This document shows, one piece after another, positions 39,533 to 48,256 of a stretch of 64,000 nt of DNA. The first letter of the stretch is position 1. The number at the start of each line of letters is the position of its first letter. A program made the position numbers and the translations under genes. The stretch is taken from the NCBI GenBank assembly GCA_035400625.1, contig DAOMZT010000001.1, forward strand, positions 28,866 to 92,865, given 5' to 3'. The notes under the pieces were generated by a model. It did no database searches, was not told where the DNA came from, and saw only the letters and a list, made by a program, of their open reading frames with translations. This DNA is from an archaeon. Lineage in GTDB: Archaea; Iainarchaeota; Iainarchaeia; Iainarchaeales; CSSED10-239.

Positions 39533-40732
39533 TCAAATTATTTTTTTTATTTTTTTCAAAGTCTCAGCTAATTTCTCTATTTCTTTTTTTGTGTTATAGA
39601 AATAAAAAGATGCTCTAACAAGCCCATCCTTATTTAACCGGGAAACTATAGGTTCAGCACAATGCATGCCAGCACGAGTTGCAATATTGCCATATTCATC
39701 AAGAAGAGATGAGAGCTCTCTTGACTTTATGCCCTTCAAATCAAAAAGCACGATTGAGCCTTGCTTTTTAGAATCGCAAGGATTGTAAAGTTTCAGACCA
39801 GATACATCATTTAATTTATCAAGTGCATAGTCTGTTAGAATCTTATCTTGTCTTTCAATATTATCCATGCCGATTTTTTCTAAATAATCAATTGCTGCAA
39901 GAGTTCCAAAGGCCCCAGCAATATTAGGTGTGCCTGCTTCAAATTTGTTTGGCAAGTTGTTCCATGTTGATTTTTTCAAAGTAACGTGAGCAATCATGTC
40001 CCCACCAAACTTTGCTGGCGAAAATTTGTTTAAGTATTTTTCTTTGCCAATCAACACCCCAACCCCTGTTGGTCCAAGCATCTTATGCATCGTGCAAACA
40101 AAAAAATCAATATTTAGTTTTTTAAAGTCTATTTTTCTGTGTGGTGCAGATTGAGAACCATCAACACACACAAGGATATTTCTCTCTTTTGCAATATCCA
40201 CAATCTCCTTGATTGGAGCAATAACTGCTGTTGTGTTTGAGATGTGCGCAATTGTTATTAGCTTTGTTCTATTTGTTATTTTCTTTTTAAAATCAGAGAT
40301 ATCAAAAGTAAGGTCTTGTTTTATCTCTACAAACTTTAATTTCAAACCAAGCTTTTGAGAAAGAAACTGCCAAGGCACAAGATTTGCATGATGCTCATAG
40401 ACTGTTGTTAGAATCTCGTCTCCTTTCTTGAAATAATTGCTATTATACAGCATATACATTATCATATTTAACGAATCTGTGCTATTGTGAGTTAATATTA
40501 CTTCTTTTGGAGAACAATTAAAAAACTTAGAAAGTTTTAGGTGGCAATCCTCATAGACAACGCTTGCTTCTTGAGATAACTTATAAACACCTCTGTGAAT
40601 ATTAACTGGACAATTTCTATAATAATAATCGGTAGCTTTAATCACTGAAAGAGGTTTAAGGCTTGTTGCTGCATTATCTAAATATATCGTTTTTAATATT
40701 GGAAAATCCTTTCTATATTTTTCTAAATTCAT
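39533..40732 (-). CDS. cysteine desulfurase (class V aminotransferase, SufS/NifS-like)
   Basis: PLP-lysine region CTMHKMLGPTGVGVL and C-terminal catalytic Cys loop (RAGMHCAEP). Start at internal Met (40732) rather than track start 40795. Confidence 0.8.
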   Translation of the reverse strand: MNLEKYRKDFPILKTIYLDNAATSLKPLSVIKATDYYYRNCPVNIHRGVYKLSQEASVVYEDCHLKLSKFFNCSPKEVILTHNSTDSLNMIMYMLYNSNYFKKGDEILTTVYEHHANLVPWQFLSQKLGLKLKFVEIKQDLTFDISDFKKKITNRTKLITIAHISNTTAVIAPIKEIVDIAKERNILVCVDGSQSAPHRKIDFKKLNIDFFVCTMHKMLGPTGVGVLIGKEKYLNKFSPAKFGGDMIAHVTLKKSTWNNLPNKFEAGTPNIAGAFGTLAAIDYLEKIGMDNIERQDKILTDYALDKLNDVSGLKLYNPCDSKKQGSIVLFDLKGIKSRELSSLLDEYGNIATRAGMHCAEPIVSRLNKDGLVRASFYFYNTKKEIEKLAETLKKIKKII

Positions 40733-40863
40733 GTGTTTTTCACATTCTCCTATTGAAATTAATATAGGCAATCTTTTTAAATAAATATGGGACAATATAT
40801 ATTATATAGAGTAAGCTAAAAACAGACTCTTTTTTTAATAATTACAAACAAAAATGATTATAT

Positions 40864-41148
40864 ATGAAGATACCAAAGCAAATAAAGGCATACTGTAAAA
40901 AATGTAAAAAACACCAACCTCACAAGCTTTCACAATACAAATCAAGAAGTGCAAGAACCTTAGCAGTAGGCACTAGAAAAAATGTTAGAAAGCACAAGAA
41001 AGGCTATGGTGGAATGGCAAAGCACATTGCAACCGTAAAAAAACAGAATAAAAAACCAGTGTTTAATGCAGAATGTACAGTGTGTAAAGCAAAACACTAC
41101 TATGTTATACCAAAGAAAATGAAAAAAACAGAATTTAAGACTGACTAA
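40864..41148 (+). CDS. rpl44e: 50S ribosomal protein L44e
   Basis: CKKCKKHQPHKLSQYK...C..C zinc-ribbon r-protein signature, 94 aa. Confidence 0.85.
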   Translation: MKIPKQIKAYCKKCKKHQPHKLSQYKSRSARTLAVGTRKNVRKHKKGYGGMAKHIATVKKQNKKPVFNAECTVCKAKHYYVIPKKMKKTEFKTD

Positions 41149-41315
41149 GGTCTTTATTTCTCTATTTCTTTAGTATTTTTAAATTCATCTATTATATATA
41201 TTTATGGTTGTGATTTTTGATACTATCCATAAATTAGTAATAGCTAGTTTTGCTATTGCTTATTTTGTAGATATTAGAAAAATAATAAAACCAATTATTA
41301 AAAATATGATAAAAT

Positions 41316-43820
41316 ATGGCAATTGATTTTGAATCTGAAGAAATTATTGTTGGAAGAAACCAAAGCCAAATAAAGAAATATGGAAAGAAGGCTACTGGCT
41401 ATATAGGCAAGGTTGTAGTGTCCAGCGGAGATGAGCCTGTTCTTGGCAAAAAAGTATTAATGGATGTCTCTCGTTCACATGTTGCGATAGTTTGTGGAAA
41501 AAGAGGTGGTGGCAAATGCCTGACAGGAGATACACTCATAACCTTAGAAGACGGAAGAGAGATACCTATTCAAGACTTAGGAAAGGAGAATAAAAAAATA
41601 ATTTCCTTACAAAAAAACCTGAAATTAAAATGTTGTAAAAAAGAACAATTCTACAAACGCACGGTAAACAAAGTATTAGAAATAACATTAAGAAGCGGGA
41701 AAAAAATAAAACTAACCCCAAATCATCCATTATTAACAGTATGTGGTTGGAAAGAAACTAAAGATTTAAAAAAAGGAAGCAGAATTGCTACACCTAGAGA
41801 GGTGCCTAGATTTGGCAACAAAAAGCTTCGTGATTGTGAAGTTAAATTATTAGCATATTTAATCGCAGAGGGCCATTTAGGGAATGGATTTGTGTTGTTT
41901 TGCAATAATGATGAAAAAATCATTTCAGAATTCAAAAATGTAATTTATTCTTTTGATAAAGGACTAAAGATATCGCCTCATGGTCGCAATAACTTAAGAA
42001 TATCTAAAATTGAAAATGGCAAAGAAAAAAACAGTTTAAGGAAATATTTTGATTCTCTTGGATTATATAATGTAAAATCAGATACTAAATTCATTCCAGA
42101 AACTATATTTCAATTACCTAAAGAACAACTTTCTATATTTTTAAATAGATTATTTAGTTGTGATGGCACCATCCATTTTGATAAAAATAAAAAAGAATAT
42201 AATATTTCTTATTCATCTTCATCTCCTAAACTAATACAACAAGTCCAAAGTTTGCTTTTAAGATTTGGATTGCTTTCAATAATTAGAACAAAAAAAACTA
42301 AAAAATTACCAAACTATGAACTAAAAATCTTGTCTTCTCAAAATTTAGAATTTATTAAAAAAATCGGGTTTTTTGGGAAAAAAGAAGAAATACAAAAAAA
42401 AGTAAAAACAAAAAATAGCAATCCTAATGTAGATACAATACCTAAAGAAATTTGGGAAATTTACAGACCAAAAAACTGGGCGACAGTTGGTAAAGGATTT
42501 GGTTATAAATCATTAAGATCATCAATCAACTATTCTCCATCTAGAGAAAAACTACTTAAAATTGCAAATTGCGAAAATAATAAAGAATTGAAAAACCTTG
42601 CAACTAGCGATATCTTCTGGGACGAGATTATTGATATAAAAGAAATTAACAAAAAACAAACAGTTTATGATATAACAGTTCCAGAAACTCATAATTTTGT
42701 TGCAAACAACATTATTGTCCATAATAGCTATACTATGTCTGTTCTGATAGAAGAATTTGCAAAACAGCCATTTGAAATTAAAGAAAGATTGTCTGTTATT
42801 GTCATAGACACTGTTGGAATATTCTGGACCATGAAATATCCAAACAAAGAAGATGCAAAGCTTCTTGAAAAATGGAATCTCAAACCAGAAGGAATAGATA
42901 TCAGAAATCTTGTGCCTTTTGGTAAGAAAGACTTCTATGAACAAAAAAATCTTCCACATGATGGTTGTTTCTCAATAAGGACTTCACAAATGGATATTGA
43001 AGATTGGCTTGGAGTATTTAGACTTAATTGGAGAGATGCAGAGTCTTCTTTGCTTTCAAGAACTATAGAGAAAATAAAAAACAAGGTTGGAAATCTTTAT
43101 GATATTGACGACATCATGAACGAAGCAAAAAAAGACACAGAAACATCATCAGAAATAATCAACTCTTTAAATAATAGATTTCTTGTTGCTAAATCCTGGG
43201 GGCTATTCTCTAGATCAGGGACAACAATGAAGGAGTTTGCAAAGCCAGGAACAATAACTATTATTGATACCAGTACTTACAAAGAAGCAATTGGCATGGA
43301 ATCAATTAGAGAACTTATTGTTGGAATACTTGGTAAAAGACTATATGAAGAAAGAATGCTTTATAGAAAAGAAGAAGAAATGGGGTTGTTATCTGGCGGA
43401 AGAAAAGAAAGCGAGATGCCAATTATCTGGATGATGATTGATGAGGCACACATGTTTATGCCTAGCGACAGGCATTCAATGGCACTTGATGTTTTGTTAC
43501 AATGGATCAGGGTTGGAAGACAGCCAGGGTTATCTTTGCTTCTTGCAACACAAAGGCCAAACAAATTACATAACGAGGCAATCTCGCAATGTGATTTTTT
43601 CTTGAGTATGAGAATGACTTCTCAAGAGGACATTATGGCTGTCTCATCAATTAGGCCAAGCTATCTTAATATTCCTATGGACAAATATTATGGACAGATG
43701 CCAAAAGACCAAGGTTATGCAATACTTCTAGATGATAACTCAGAAAAAGTAATGTTAATAAAAATTAGACCAAGAATAACATGGGATGGTGGAAAGACAG
43801 CAAATGTTTTTGTTGATTAA
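41316..43820 (+). CDS. FtsK/HerA-superfamily (DUF87/HerA-like) ATPase interrupted by an intein in the Walker A motif
   Basis: Exteins give Walker A GKRGGGK|S, Walker B IIWMMIDEAH, and the LLLATQRP motif characteristic of HerA/FtsK/VirB4. The mature extein is about 431 aa. Confidence 0.75.
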   Translation: MAIDFESEEIIVGRNQSQIKKYGKKATGYIGKVVVSSGDEPVLGKKVLMDVSRSHVAIVCGKRGGGKCLTGDTLITLEDGREIPIQDLGKENKKIISLQKNLKLKCCKKEQFYKRTVNKVLEITLRSGKKIKLTPNHPLLTVCGWKETKDLKKGSRIATPREVPRFGNKKLRDCEVKLLAYLIAEGHLGNGFVLFCNNDEKIISEFKNVIYSFDKGLKISPHGRNNLRISKIENGKEKNSLRKYFDSLGLYNVKSDTKFIPETIFQLPKEQLSIFLNRLFSCDGTIHFDKNKKEYNISYSSSSPKLIQQVQSLLLRFGLLSIIRTKKTKKLPNYELKILSSQNLEFIKKIGFFGKKEEIQKKVKTKNSNPNVDTIPKEIWEIYRPKNWATVGKGFGYKSLRSSINYSPSREKLLKIANCENNKELKNLATSDIFWDEIIDIKEINKKQTVYDITVPETHNFVANNIIVHNSYTMSVLIEEFAKQPFEIKERLSVIVIDTVGIFWTMKYPNKEDAKLLEKWNLKPEGIDIRNLVPFGKKDFYEQKNLPHDGCFSIRTSQMDIEDWLGVFRLNWRDAESSLLSRTIEKIKNKVGNLYDIDDIMNEAKKDTETSSEIINSLNNRFLVAKSWGLFSRSGTTMKEFAKPGTITIIDTSTYKEAIGMESIRELIVGILGKRLYEERMLYRKEEEMGLLSGGRKESEMPIIWMMIDEAHMFMPSDRHSMALDVLLQWIRVGRQPGLSLLLATQRPNKLHNEAISQCDFFLSMRMTSQEDIMAVSSIRPSYLNIPMDKYYGQMPKDQGYAILLDDNSEKVMLIKIRPRITWDGGKTANVFVD
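41517..42725 (+). mobile_element. intein (403 aa) with LAGLIDADG homing-endonuclease domain
   Basis: Starts with Cys (CLTGDTLI, block A). Has block B TPNHPLL, two LAGLIDADG motifs (LLAYLIAEGHLG and LNRLFSCDGTI), and C-terminal block G ...NIIVHN followed by the +1 Ser of the P-loop. Length is divisible by 3. Confidence 0.85.
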
Positions 43821-43865
43821 AAAGCCTTTTTTCCACAATCTCTTAGCTTTTTTTAAAAAAACAAA

Positions 43866-44546
43866 TTATTCATCAACCAATTTTGCTCCAAAATCTTTAG
43901 CAATAGTGTCTGCTATTTTTATTTTCTTGCTTGGAGCTTCTAATTGAAGTATGTTGTCTTTCTCAAAATAAATAACTAGGCTTTCAGAAGCAAGTCTGAA
44001 CTTCATGGTCTGTGCCTTTAATACTTCGTCAAATATCAGATTAATGTTTGTGGCAGGAACAATAATGTCAATTCCGACTTTCCTTCCTTTTATGTGCTCT
44101 GCTATATTATTAAGATCAATGGTGCCTACAACATTAAACTTTAGAACAAATTCAGAAATTTCAAAAGACTCAACAAGCCTCTCTATAAATTCTTTTGATT
44201 TTTTAGAGTTTTCAAATATCATTAGTCTATAGCATCTGAAGTTTTCTAGGAAAACATCTCCTGCAGCTATTTTTTTCTCATAATCGTTTATTTCTGCATT
44301 AATGTTCTCTATAAGGATTAGCATTTTTTTATATAAGGAAATCAGTTCTCTTTTTTTTATTTCTTCTTCAATTATAGAATTTAAAAGCGGTTCTTTCTCG
44401 CTAATGTCTTGTAACTCTTTAACATCTTGAGCAAGTGATGATATTACCTCTTGCACTGGCTTATAGAGCTCTAGAATCTTATTTGTCCTATACAAGTTTT
44501 TATTTAAAGAATCAAATAATCTAGTTAATTTTGGATCTTCTGGCAT
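43866..44546 (-). CDS. hypothetical protein (226 aa, N-terminal coiled coil)
   Basis: Clean ORF convergent with the HerA-like gene. No family assigned. Confidence 0.4.
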   Translation of the reverse strand: MPEDPKLTRLFDSLNKNLYRTNKILELYKPVQEVISSLAQDVKELQDISEKEPLLNSIIEEEIKKRELISLYKKMLILIENINAEINDYEKKIAAGDVFLENFRCYRLMIFENSKKSKEFIERLVESFEISEFVLKFNVVGTIDLNNIAEHIKGRKVGIDIIVPATNINLIFDEVLKAQTMKFRLASESLVIYFEKDNILQLEAPSKKIKIADTIAKDFGAKLVDE

Positions 44547-44618
44547 AACCTTCTCTCCTTTTGTAATATATAAGATTAGAAAAGGAACTATATTTAAAGT
44601 TATGTTATAGCTGTGTTT

Positions 44619-45530
44619 CTATTCATTTTCCTTTATATCTAGATAACAATGATATGCAGCAATCGCACCTTGACTTGCTGAAGTTATTACTTGCTTTAAG
44701 TCACTTGCGTTTGTGGCGTCACCCGCTGCAAAGATACCTGCAATATTTGTTTTTTGCTCTTTATTAACAATTATAAATTTATTCTCATCTAGAGAAACAT
44801 TTAGCTTTGACAAAAGCTCAGTGTTTGGAACAGAGCCAATCTCTATAAACAAGCCATCAATCTTTAGTTCTTTTCCTGTGTTTAGCTTTATGCCTTCTAG
44901 TTTTTCTTGCCCTAAAAGCTCAGCCACCTCTGCCTTATAAAGGATTTCTATGTTTTGCTTGGCTTTTGCAAGGTCAGCCCATGCCTTTTCTGCACGCAGT
45001 TCTTCTTTTCTGTAAATCAAATAAACTTTGGTAGCTATATCAGCCAAAAGAAGAGCAGAAGTAACAGCTGCATCAGAACCGCCAACAACTCCTACTACTT
45101 TTCCTTTGTAAAAGCCACCATCACAAGTTGCACAATAACTTATTCCTTTTCCTGTCAACTCTTCTTCTCTATCTACTCCTAGCTTTTTTCTGGATCTGCC
45201 AATTGCAAGAATTATTTTTTTTGCTTTTACTGTTCTTTGATCAGAATTAACAATAAATACTTTTTCTTTTTTGTCAATTGCCATGACTTTTTCAAAAATA
45301 ACCTCCACATCAAGAGATTGGACTTGTTCAAGAACTCTTTCTGACCATTCCATTCCTGAGATTTCTGTAAAGCCAGGATAGTTACAAACCTTGTGAGCAT
45401 AGGTTATTGTTCCACCAAAAGAATCAGAAAAGACTAATGTCTTTAAGCCATATCTTGAGGCATAGATAGCAGCAGTAAGTCCTGCAGCGCCTCCACCAAC
45501 AATAACCACATCATAACAATTATCGCTCAT
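44619..45530 (-). CDS. trxB: thioredoxin-disulfide reductase
   Basis: FAD motif VVIVGGGAAGLTAA, redox-active CATCDG, and NAD(P) motif GVVGGSDAA. Confidence 0.9.
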   Translation of the reverse strand: MSDNCYDVVIVGGGAAGLTAAIYASRYGLKTLVFSDSFGGTITYAHKVCNYPGFTEISGMEWSERVLEQVQSLDVEVIFEKVMAIDKKEKVFIVNSDQRTVKAKKIILAIGRSRKKLGVDREEELTGKGISYCATCDGGFYKGKVVGVVGGSDAAVTSALLLADIATKVYLIYRKEELRAEKAWADLAKAKQNIEILYKAEVAELLGQEKLEGIKLNTGKELKIDGLFIEIGSVPNTELLSKLNVSLDENKFIIVNKEQKTNIAGIFAAGDATNASDLKQVITSASQGAIAAYHCYLDIKENE

Positions 45531-45564
45531 AATAAATTAATAAAAGAAAAAGAATATAAAAGAA

Positions 45565-46314
45565 TTATTTAACAAATCTTTTGCGAAACGAATAATACAT
45601 GGTTGCATTTTTCTGTTTGGCAACTTTAGAAACTTCTGATAAGAAATCAACAATATTATCTGCACTCATTTTCTTTAATTCTGTTGGTTTAAAGCCTTTA
45701 TGAAACACAGAATTAAAATCTTCAACATATGTTTGATAGATAGATTCATAAGCGTGTTTGGCTTCAGCTTTTGAATAAATTGAAATTTTATTTATAATGT
45801 CAATTTCCTGAGAAAATAAATCTTTAAATTTAGTATCCATTATCTCTTTAACTGTGCCTTTCCTTGAAGCTTTTAAGACAGTATTTAATTTTTTTGTCCA
45901 ACTCTCCATTTGTCTTTTCTTAATTGCCGTTAATCTTCTTCTTTCTGCAACTGCTAAATCGTGTGTTCTTTGTGTTTCTAAATCAGATATCTTTCTTTTA
46001 TATTTCAATTTTAAATCAGTTATCTTTTGCTCATAAATCTTTTTATCTAAATCAATTTTCATTTGTTCTTTTTTGTTTGCACCAACTGTTTTTTCCAATG
46101 ATTTAATTTTCTTTTCATATACTTTTAACAATGAATCTCTATTTTGTTCGGTAAAAGCTACTTTCTCATTAAATGCTCTTGTGCCTGGCTTTGTTAGTTT
46201 CCCGGTCTTTGGGTTTCTTTTATAGCCAAGTTCTGATGGCGTGGCTCTTTTGCCGGTTATTGCCTTTCTTGCTTTTAAATATATCCTTGGTTTAGTTGCT
46301 CTTGGTTTTATCAT
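45565..46314 (-). CDS. hypothetical protein with K/R/P-rich N-terminal tail and coiled-coil region
   Basis: Basic repetitive N-terminus (KPRATKPRIYLKARKAITGKRATP...). Confidence 0.4.
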   Translation of the reverse strand: MIKPRATKPRIYLKARKAITGKRATPSELGYKRNPKTGKLTKPGTRAFNEKVAFTEQNRDSLLKVYEKKIKSLEKTVGANKKEQMKIDLDKKIYEQKITDLKLKYKRKISDLETQRTHDLAVAERRRLTAIKKRQMESWTKKLNTVLKASRKGTVKEIMDTKFKDLFSQEIDIINKISIYSKAEAKHAYESIYQTYVEDFNSVFHKGFKPTELKKMSADNIVDFLSEVSKVAKQKNATMYYSFRKRFVK

Positions 46315-46355
46315 ATTTTATCAACTCACATCATTTAACAAATGGAAAGATTTTA

Positions 46356-46544
46356 TCATTTAAAAAACCTTTTAACTTTAGCTTTTTCTGCATTTTTAAT
46401 TTGTTCCATAGAAAAATGCTCTATAAGTTCAGGTGTCTTATATCCCCCACACATTAAAAGCTCTGGGAGAGTGAAATGCTGTTTTGCAAGCTCTAAGCTT
46501 ATTCCTGCTCCTTTTAGATTTCTTAGTTTTAAAAAATCAACCAC
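46356..46544 (-). CDS. small helix-hairpin-helix-like protein (GTG start in track; possibly C-terminal part of upstream ORF after a frameshift)
   Basis: LRNLKGAGISLELAKQ HhH-like motif. A homopolymer A6 run on the coding strand at the junction with the 46550-47059 ORF. Confidence 0.35.
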   Translation of the reverse strand: MVDFLKLRNLKGAGISLELAKQHFTLPELLMCGGYKTPELIEHFSMEQIKNAEKAKVKRFFK

Positions 46545-46549
46545 TTCAA

Positions 46550-47059
46550 CTATCTTTTGCTTTTTTGAGTATATATTCTTTTATTGACACTAGCTGAAGA
46601 TTCTCCTGATGAATATTTTCTTGAATCTAAAAGGCTGTTAAATAATCCAACTTCCTTATAATAATCATTTTTTAATAATTCATTTCTAGTTATCCTGTAT
46701 TGCTTTGGCTTTCCTTGATATTCTTGTGTGAAAACCATTGTGCCAATTTTCGGGTCTAATCTTATTTCGCTTATTGGGACATTATAAAAAACTCCTCTTG
46801 GCTTATGTACTGGCTCTCTATTATAAACAGGGCTTCTTGATTTCTTATAATAATCATCTAAAACTCCTGTTTGTGATCTTCTTACTCTTGCATTCTCTCT
46901 TCCAACTTTTCTTAATTTTTCTAATTGCTTTGGAGTCAATTCTTTTGCTGAAACTCTACGGGTCGTATGTTTAGTACCTGTTGGCGATTTTCTCAATTTT
47001 AAAACTGACCTTTTTGGTTTTGGTGGTGCTGGTGCCTTTCGCATTTTTAATAACCCCAT
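46550..47059 (-). CDS. highly basic hypothetical protein (169 aa)
   Basis: K/R/P-rich N-terminal tail. No family assigned. Confidence 0.4.
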   Translation of the reverse strand: MGLLKMRKAPAPPKPKRSVLKLRKSPTGTKHTTRRVSAKELTPKQLEKLRKVGRENARVRRSQTGVLDDYYKKSRSPVYNREPVHKPRGVFYNVPISEIRLDPKIGTMVFTQEYQGKPKQYRITRNELLKNDYYKEVGLFNSLLDSRKYSSGESSASVNKRIYTQKSKR

Positions 47060-47191
47060 CTCTATTTCCTCCCAATAAATATTAACTATTAATAATTAAA
47101 TGATTAGTAGAAACATATTTAAATGTTTAGAATAAGAAAAAGAAATCCAAAAAAATCCATTGATTTTCTTGGAAAAAGAAGATGCTTAAAC

Positions 47192-48097
47192 TTAAGCATC
47201 AATGTTTAGCTTTAGCTTAGACTTAAGCTCTCTATATCTGTTTCTGATTGTTACTTCTGTTACTCCTGCAACATTAGCAACCTCTTTTTGTGTTCTTCTC
47301 TCTCCAACCATCAATGCAGCAATATAAACTGCAGCAGCTGCAACTCCTGTTGGACCTCTACCAGAGATTAAGCCAGAATTAATTGCCTTTTTTACAATCT
47401 CTTTACCTTTTTCTTCAACAGCTCCTGATAGTCCAAGAACTGAAGTAAATCTTGAGATGTAATATGTTGGATCTGTTAATGGAACTGCAATGTCTAATTC
47501 CTTAACAATAAACCTATAAGTTCTTCCAATTTCTTTCTTTGTTAGACCTGATGCTTCTGCCATCTCGTTAAGTGTTCTTGGAACATTATATGTTCTACAA
47601 ACAGAATAAAGAACAGCAGCAACAACAGCTTCAATTAATCTTCCTCTTATTAGCCCTTTCTCAACTGTCTTTCTGTAAAGTAAAGCAGCAGTCTCAATTA
47701 AAGATTCAGGAATATTGAGATAGGAACCCATTCTTCTTAGTTCTGTTAAAGCAATTGAAAGGTTTCTTTGCATTGAGTTTGAGATTGATGATCTCTTATG
47801 CCATTTGATTAATCTGTACATTTGTGCTCTGGACTTTGAGGATAGCTTATTTCCTCTTAGATCTCTGCCAGATCTCTCTATCATTGTTTCAAGACCTTTA
47901 TTAATCTTGACATACTTCATTGGTGAGCCAGATCTTGCTTGTTCTGAGCTTGGGGATTGATCAAAGTTTCTCCATTCTTTTCCCATATCTACCATGTCTT
48001 CACTTATTATTGTGTGACAATTTTTACAAACTAGTTCGCCTGTTCTTGGGTCTTTATAGACCTTTTCTTTTCCACACTCTGGACACTTCATTGCCAT
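47192..48097 (-). CDS. tfb: transcription initiation factor IIB (TFB)
   Basis: N-terminal Zn-ribbon CPECG...CKNC, two cyclin-fold repeats and a C-terminal HTH. Confidence 0.9.
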   Translation of the reverse strand: MAMKCPECGKEKVYKDPRTGELVCKNCHTIISEDMVDMGKEWRNFDQSPSSEQARSGSPMKYVKINKGLETMIERSGRDLRGNKLSSKSRAQMYRLIKWHKRSSISNSMQRNLSIALTELRRMGSYLNIPESLIETAALLYRKTVEKGLIRGRLIEAVVAAVLYSVCRTYNVPRTLNEMAEASGLTKKEIGRTYRFIVKELDIAVPLTDPTYYISRFTSVLGLSGAVEEKGKEIVKKAINSGLISGRGPTGVAAAAVYIAALMVGERRTQKEVANVAGVTEVTIRNRYRELKSKLKLNIDA

Positions 48098-48256
48098 TTA
48101 TATCACTCCTTTGTGTTCTTAACTTTTACATTGTTCTAATTTCAAAAATAGAGCTTGCAATCATAATAATCATTAAAAAAACAAACTAAAGCAAACCTAT
48201 ATAAATATTATTCTTTTTTCAAGTATATATAGCTTTCGGTTTTTGCGATTTTAGAA

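Noticed and set aside
46342-46587. 81-aa plus-strand ORF
   Set aside because: Antisense to the HhH small ORF and the end of the basic protein gene. Hydrophobic low-complexity translation.
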